Assembly: GCA_016223085.1 (NCBI GenBank)
Contig: JACRPS010000014.1
Span: forward strand, 73,269 to 137,268
Origin: Chloroflexota bacterium
GTDB lineage: Bacteria; Chloroflexota; Anaerolineae; Aggregatilineales; Phototrophicaceae
DNA: 64,000 bases
Direction: 5' to 3'
The number at the start of each line of letters is the position of its first letter. Position 1 is the first letter of the stretch. The notes under the pieces are model-generated. The model was given only the letters and a program-made list of their open reading frames with translations. It searched no databases and was not told the DNA's origin. The translations under genes were made by a program, and so were the position numbers. This document shows, one piece after another, positions 59,512 to 64,000 of this stretch.

Positions 59512-60498
59512 ATGAATTCAGTACAGCAACTGAACGAACGCATCCGCCGCGAAGCCAGTTTCCTGCAAAACGTCCTGGCGGAAACCAACCGTATTATTGT
59601 CGGGCAGGAACGGCTGATGAACCGGCTGCTCATCGCGCTGCTGTGTAACAGCCACCTTCTGATTGAAGGCGTGCCGGGTCTGGCGAAGACCTTGGCGGTG
59701 CGTACGCTGGCGGCGACCATTAGCGCCCGCTTCCAGCGCATCCAGTTCACGCCCGATCTGCTGCCCGCCGACCTGATCGGTACGCAGGTGTATAACCCGC
59801 GCACGGGCGAATTTGCGCCACGCCTGGGGCCAATTTTCAGCAACATCGTGCTGGCAGATGAAATTAACCGCGCGCCGGCGAAGGTGCAATCGGCGCTGCT
59901 GGAAGCGATGGAAGAACGGCAGGTAACGATTGGCGACCAGACCTACCCGCTGCCGGATCCGTTTCTGGTGCTGGCGACCCAGAATCCAATTGAGCAGGCC
60001 GGCACGTACCCGCTGCCGGAGGCGCAGCTTGACCGCTTCATGCTCAAGGTCATTGTGGATTACCCCACGCGCCAGGAGGAACGCCTCATCCTCGAACGAA
60101 TGGCCGGGGACGTGCCGCCGCCGCCGCAAGCGGTCATCGGCGTGGATGTGATTCAGCACGCACGCGAGGTGGTAAACAGTATTTACGTGGACGAGAAGAT
60201 CAAGGACTACGTGCTGAACATCGTATTTGCGACGCGCGACCCCGGCGCAAACGGACTGAAAGACCTGCGGACGCTGATTGATTATGGCGCATCCCCACGC
60301 GCGACGATTTTTCTGCTGCGCGCAGCCAAAGCCCATGCCTTTCTGCGCGGACGGGGATACGTGACACCGGACGACGTGAAAGCCATCGCGCCGGATGTGC
60401 TGCGTCACCGTATCGTGGTTACATTCGAGGCGGAAGCGGAAGCCGTAACGCCGGCGCAGGTAGTGCAGCAGATTTTGAGCCGGGTGGAAGTGCCGTAA
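59512..60498 (+). CDS. moxR: MoxR-family AAA+ ATPase
   Basis: LIEGVPGLAKT, RIQFTPDLLPAD, DEINRAPAKVQSALLE, ATQNPIE, YPLPEAQLDRF. Confidence 0.96.
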   Translation: MNSVQQLNERIRREASFLQNVLAETNRIIVGQERLMNRLLIALLCNSHLLIEGVPGLAKTLAVRTLAATISARFQRIQFTPDLLPADLIGTQVYNPRTGEFAPRLGPIFSNIVLADEINRAPAKVQSALLEAMEERQVTIGDQTYPLPDPFLVLATQNPIEQAGTYPLPEAQLDRFMLKVIVDYPTRQEERLILERMAGDVPPPPQAVIGVDVIQHAREVVNSIYVDEKIKDYVLNIVFATRDPGANGLKDLRTLIDYGASPRATIFLLRAAKAHAFLRGRGYVTPDDVKAIAPDVLRHRIVVTFEAEAEAVTPAQVVQQILSRVEVP

Positions 60499-61385
60499 TG
60501 CTAACCGCCGACACACTGCGTCAAATCCGGCGGATTGAACTGCAAACCCGGCGGCTGGTGGATGATGTATTTGCAGGCGCGTACCACGCCGTGTTTAAGG
60601 GACGTGGCATTGAATTTGATGCGGTGCGGCCTTACGAACCCGGCGACGACGTGCGCGACATTGACTGGAACGTGACCGCCCGCGCCGGAGAGGCCTTTGT
60701 CAAGCGATATGTCGAGGAACGGGAACTGACGGTGATGCTGATGCTCGATACCAGCGCTTCCTGCCAGTTTGGCACGGTGAAGCGCCAGAAGCGCGACGTG
60801 GCCGTTGAACTGGGCGCGGTGCTGGCTTATGCCGCCATCAGCAACAATGACCGGGTTGGGCTGCTGCTGTTCAGCGACCGCGTAGAACACTACGTGCCGC
60901 CGCGCAAGGGACGCAACCATACGTTGCGCCTGATTCGTGATCTGCTCTCCGCCGAGCCGCAGGGCAGGGGGACAGACCTGGCGCTGGCGCTGCAAACCAT
61001 CAACCGCCTGCTCAAACGGCGCGCGATTGTGTTCCTGATGTCTGACTTCCTCGAACCTGTTGAAACGTATGCTGCCGATCTGGCGAGTGCCGCCCGCCGC
61101 CATGATATCATTGCGGTCGTCCTCAGTGATCCACGCGAAGCAGCGTGGCCGGACGTGGGATTGGTGGCGCTGCGCGATGCGGAAACCGGCGGGTTGATAG
61201 TGGCCAATACGTCACAAGCGACCTGGCGCGCCGCGTTCCAGCAGCAGGCGCAGACGGTGGATACGACTCGGCGCAAGGCGCTGGCAAACGCGCGGGTAGA
61301 CCGGATTGACGCGCCAACCGACAGCGATACCGTACAGGCGCTTATCCGTTTCTTTCAGCAGCGGGCGCGGCGATTGGGACGATGA
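60498..61385 (+). CDS. DUF58 protein
   Basis: GRGIEFDAVRPYEPGDDVRDIDWNVTAR...EEREL...LDTSAS. Confidence 0.93.
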   Translation: MLTADTLRQIRRIELQTRRLVDDVFAGAYHAVFKGRGIEFDAVRPYEPGDDVRDIDWNVTARAGEAFVKRYVEERELTVMLMLDTSASCQFGTVKRQKRDVAVELGAVLAYAAISNNDRVGLLLFSDRVEHYVPPRKGRNHTLRLIRDLLSAEPQGRGTDLALALQTINRLLKRRAIVFLMSDFLEPVETYAADLASAARRHDIIAVVLSDPREAAWPDVGLVALRDAETGGLIVANTSQATWRAAFQQQAQTVDTTRRKALANARVDRIDAPTDSDTVQALIRFFQQRARRLGR

Positions 61386-62323
61386 TTCAACAACCGCCAA
61401 GGCGCCAAGGATGCCAAGAGAAGATAAAGGGATTCTATATCCTGATTTTGTGCTTTGTCCTCAGTGGCACAGTAGTTCACAGTCAGGGAGAGGTTCGCGC
61501 TGTCTTTTCGGTGAATAAGGGCGCGCCGCTGATCGGCGAGCCAGTACGCGTAACGCTTACAATTGACGCCCCGGCTGATGCGGTTGTGATGCTGCCAGAC
61601 TTTCCGCTGGAGTGGCCGCCATTTATGGTTACAGGGGTGAGTCCGGCAGTAGTGACAGAGGCGGGCGGAAGAAAAACGCTCCATCAGGAGATTACCGCGA
61701 TTCTCTGGCAGATAGGCGATTTCGAAACACCTGAGACATGGATTGAATATGCTTTGTCCGGTTCACCGGAATCATTTCGTATAGCCGTCGAACCCGCTTT
61801 TTTTACTGTGCCAAGCGTGTTAAATCCAAATGATCTGACGCTGCGCCCACTGAAGCCGCCGCTGGCGCTGCCTTATGTTTCGCCCTGGCTGCTGCTTGGC
61901 AGCACCCTTATCCTGGTGGGGGCTGCTTTTGGGGCAGGGCGGTGGCTGCGCCGGCGCCGGACCGTTCACACAGTCCAGATGCCGGAAGATGTGGTCAGCC
62001 GCACCCTGCGCGAGTTACAGGGCATCAGTACGCTACCCGCCAGCCGCGCTTATCCACTGGTGGGAGATGCGCTGCGGAAATACGTGGAGGAACAGGCCGG
62101 TGTTCCGGCGGAGGAGATGACTACCGAAGAACTGCTGGCGGCGCTGCAAGCGCAGCCGCGTTTCGGCGAACCACACCGGCACGAACTGCGGCGCATCCTC
62201 GAACGGGTTGACCTGGTGAAGTTCGCGCAGTACCAGCCGGAAGCCGATTCAACCCGCAAGCTGGTGCAGGCGGCGGCGCGCTGGATTGAAACGACCGCCG
62301 CGCGGGACGACAAGGCGGCATGA
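61382..62323 (+). CDS. BatD/DUF4381-like membrane protein
   Basis: Signal peptide, Ig-like region, TM helix, EMTTEEL...DLVKFA; position in a MoxR-Bat operon. Confidence 0.72.
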   Translation: MIQQPPRRQGCQEKIKGFYILILCFVLSGTVVHSQGEVRAVFSVNKGAPLIGEPVRVTLTIDAPADAVVMLPDFPLEWPPFMVTGVSPAVVTEAGGRKTLHQEITAILWQIGDFETPETWIEYALSGSPESFRIAVEPAFFTVPSVLNPNDLTLRPLKPPLALPYVSPWLLLGSTLILVGAAFGAGRWLRRRRTVHTVQMPEDVVSRTLRELQGISTLPASRAYPLVGDALRKYVEEQAGVPAEEMTTEELLAALQAQPRFGEPHRHELRRILERVDLVKFAQYQPEADSTRKLVQAAARWIETTAARDDKAA

Positions 62324-63312
62324 TGGTCTTTCGGTTCGCGCATCCGGCGGCACTATTGCTCATCCCCGTGATGGTGCTTGTTTTCATGCTGATCGGACGC
62401 TGGCGAGAGTCACACGCCGTTTTGCACTACTCGGATATGCGGCTGCTGGCCGGACTGCCGGTAAGCTGGCGGGTGCGCTTCCGCCGCCTGCCGGATGCGC
62501 TGCGACTGCTGGCCTGGCTGCTGCTGGCGCTGGCACTAGCGCGTCCCCAGAGTGGTCGGACGCAGGAGATCATTCGCGGGCAGGGAATTGACATCGTGCT
62601 GTCGCTGGACATTTCTGGCAGCATGGCCGCGCTCGATTTCGCGCCGCAGAACCGGCTGGAAGCTGCCAAGACGGTCATCAGCGACTTTATCGCCGGACGC
62701 GAATTCGACCGTATCGGGCTGGTGGTGTTCGCGCAGGATTCGTTCCAGCAAACGCCGCCCACGCTCGATTATGGTACGCTGCTGCGGTCGCTCGAAGAAA
62801 TTCAGCTTGCGCCTGATCTGGGGCTGCCGGATGGCACGGCCATCGGGTTGGGAGTCGCATCGGCGGCCAACATGGTGCGCCAGAGCAAAGCCGCCAGCAA
62901 GGTGATTATTCTGCTGACCGACGGCGCGAACAACGCCGGTGGTATCGGCCCGCTGACGGCAGCGCAGGCAGTGGCGGCATTGAGCATCCGCGTTTACACC
63001 ATCGGCATGGGCAAAACCGGACTCGTGCCCGTACCAGACGACACCGGCGGTACGGTGATGATGGAAAGTGACCTGGACGAAACCACGCTGCAGGCGATTG
63101 CCGATACGACCGGCGGGCGGTACTTCCGCGCCGAAGACCCCGACCGCTTGCAGCGCATCTATGACCAGATTAATGCTTTGGAGCGCTCCGACGTAGCGCG
63201 ACAGGTCTACGTCAACTGGCAGGAGCAGGCGGGTATGCTGCTGGCAACGGCGCTGGCCGCACTGGTGATCGAACGATTCTTGCGGCAGACTGCCTTCCAA
63301 ACCACGCCATGA
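62320..63312 (+). CDS. VWA-domain protein, BatA-like
   Basis: FRFAHP, LALARPQ, LDISGSM (MIDAS), DRIGLVVF, GTAIGLG, LLTDG. Confidence 0.92.
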   Translation: MMVFRFAHPAALLLIPVMVLVFMLIGRWRESHAVLHYSDMRLLAGLPVSWRVRFRRLPDALRLLAWLLLALALARPQSGRTQEIIRGQGIDIVLSLDISGSMAALDFAPQNRLEAAKTVISDFIAGREFDRIGLVVFAQDSFQQTPPTLDYGTLLRSLEEIQLAPDLGLPDGTAIGLGVASAANMVRQSKAASKVIILLTDGANNAGGIGPLTAAQAVAALSIRVYTIGMGKTGLVPVPDDTGGTVMMESDLDETTLQAIADTTGGRYFRAEDPDRLQRIYDQINALERSDVARQVYVNWQEQAGMLLATALAALVIERFLRQTAFQTTP

Positions 63313-64000
63313 CGTTTGTTTATCCTGCTGCCCTTCTCCTGCTGCTGTTGCTGCCCGCCGTGACTGGGTTTCTCGTTTGGCGTGAACGGGCGCGGCAGTC
63401 GGCGCTGCGGCGGATTGGCGACGCTTCCGTTATCCGTCGGGTGATGACGCCGGTCAGCCCGGCGCGCCGCTGGGCGAAAGCCGCGCTGTGGTTGGCGGCG
63501 GTGGCGCTGTTGATCGTCGCAGTGGCGCGCCCGATGTGGGGTGTGGACGTGGAGGTGATCGAAACGCAGGGTGTGGCGGTGATGGTGGCGCTGGACGTGA
63601 GCAACAGCATGAACGCGGCAGACGTGTTGCCCAGCCGCCTGGAACGCGCCAAACTGGGGCTGTGGTCGCTGGTTGAGCAATTGCAGGGTAATGAAGTTGG
63701 CCTCATTCTGTTCGCGGGCACGGCCTTCGTCCAGTTCCCGCTGACGACCGACCTGGCCTCGGCAGAGACGTTTATCAAGGCGGCCAGCAGCGCAGCGATT
63801 TCCCGGCAGGGGACGGACATTGAAGCGGCGCTCCGGCTGGCAAGCAAGGCATTTGACCAGCGCCGCGCGGCGCAGCGCATCGTCGTACTGATGAGCGACG
63901 GGGAAAACTTTGAAGGTGATCCGCTGCGCGCCGCCGACGAAGCGGCGCAGCAAAACGTCACCATTTACACCATCGGCTATGGTGGGACACGGGGTGAAGC
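63309..64000 (+). CDS. VWA-domain protein, BatB-like, runs off the window end
   Basis: Not in the ORF track. MTFVYPAALL...VAVARPMWG...ALDVSNSMNAADVLPSRLERAK...LFAGTAFVQFPLTTD...GTDI...LMSDGE. Confidence 0.9.
   Translation, partial: MTFVYPAALLLLLLLPAVTGFLVWRERARQSALRRIGDASVIRRVMTPVSPARRWAKAALWLAAVALLIVAVARPMWGVDVEVIETQGVAVMVALDVSNSMNAADVLPSRLERAKLGLWSLVEQLQGNEVGLILFAGTAFVQFPLTTDLASAETFIKAASSAAISRQGTDIEAALRLASKAFDQRRAAQRIVVLMSDGENFEGDPLRAADEAAQQNVTIYTIGYGGTRGE

Noticed and set aside
59512-64000. MoxR-DUF58-Bat operon as a novel system
   Set aside because: A widespread, already described gene arrangement with nothing unusual visible here.

Overview
A 64-kb, gene-dense, GC-rich bacterial chromosomal segment. 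The gene set and the Thr/Pro-rich secreted proteins suggest Chloroflexota, probably Anaerolineae (inference, not a database result). No prophage, IS element, integrase or CRISPR array is visible. Main content: a sufCBDSU-Rieske ferredoxin operon with divergent sufT; a selenocysteine-containing SelD (in-frame UGA plus SECIS-like hairpin) that the ORF track truncates; tRNA-Pro(GGG); a peptide ABC transporter lacking ATPase genes; a cell-envelope operon led by a 7TM coiled-coil histidine pseudokinase (His to Gln); a stand-alone complex I Q-module operon iscX-nuoB-nuoCD-nuoI followed by a CxxC-less ApbC/Mrp; DinG; an SbnI/SerK-like serine kinase operon with ACT, membrane-anchored JAMM and prepilin peptidase genes; iscS-mnmA, eno-pyk, yebC-ruvC-ruvA, an orphan PqqD/RRE-like gene, thyX, ftsH and a MoxR-DUF58-Bat operon. 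Twelve GTAG-type REP-like palindromes lie between genes. The most striking observation is that NuoB and NuoI end in the same two-part C-terminal tail: 41 identical residues encoded with 14 synonymous and no non-synonymous differences. All product calls come from motifs recognised by eye; no searches were run.
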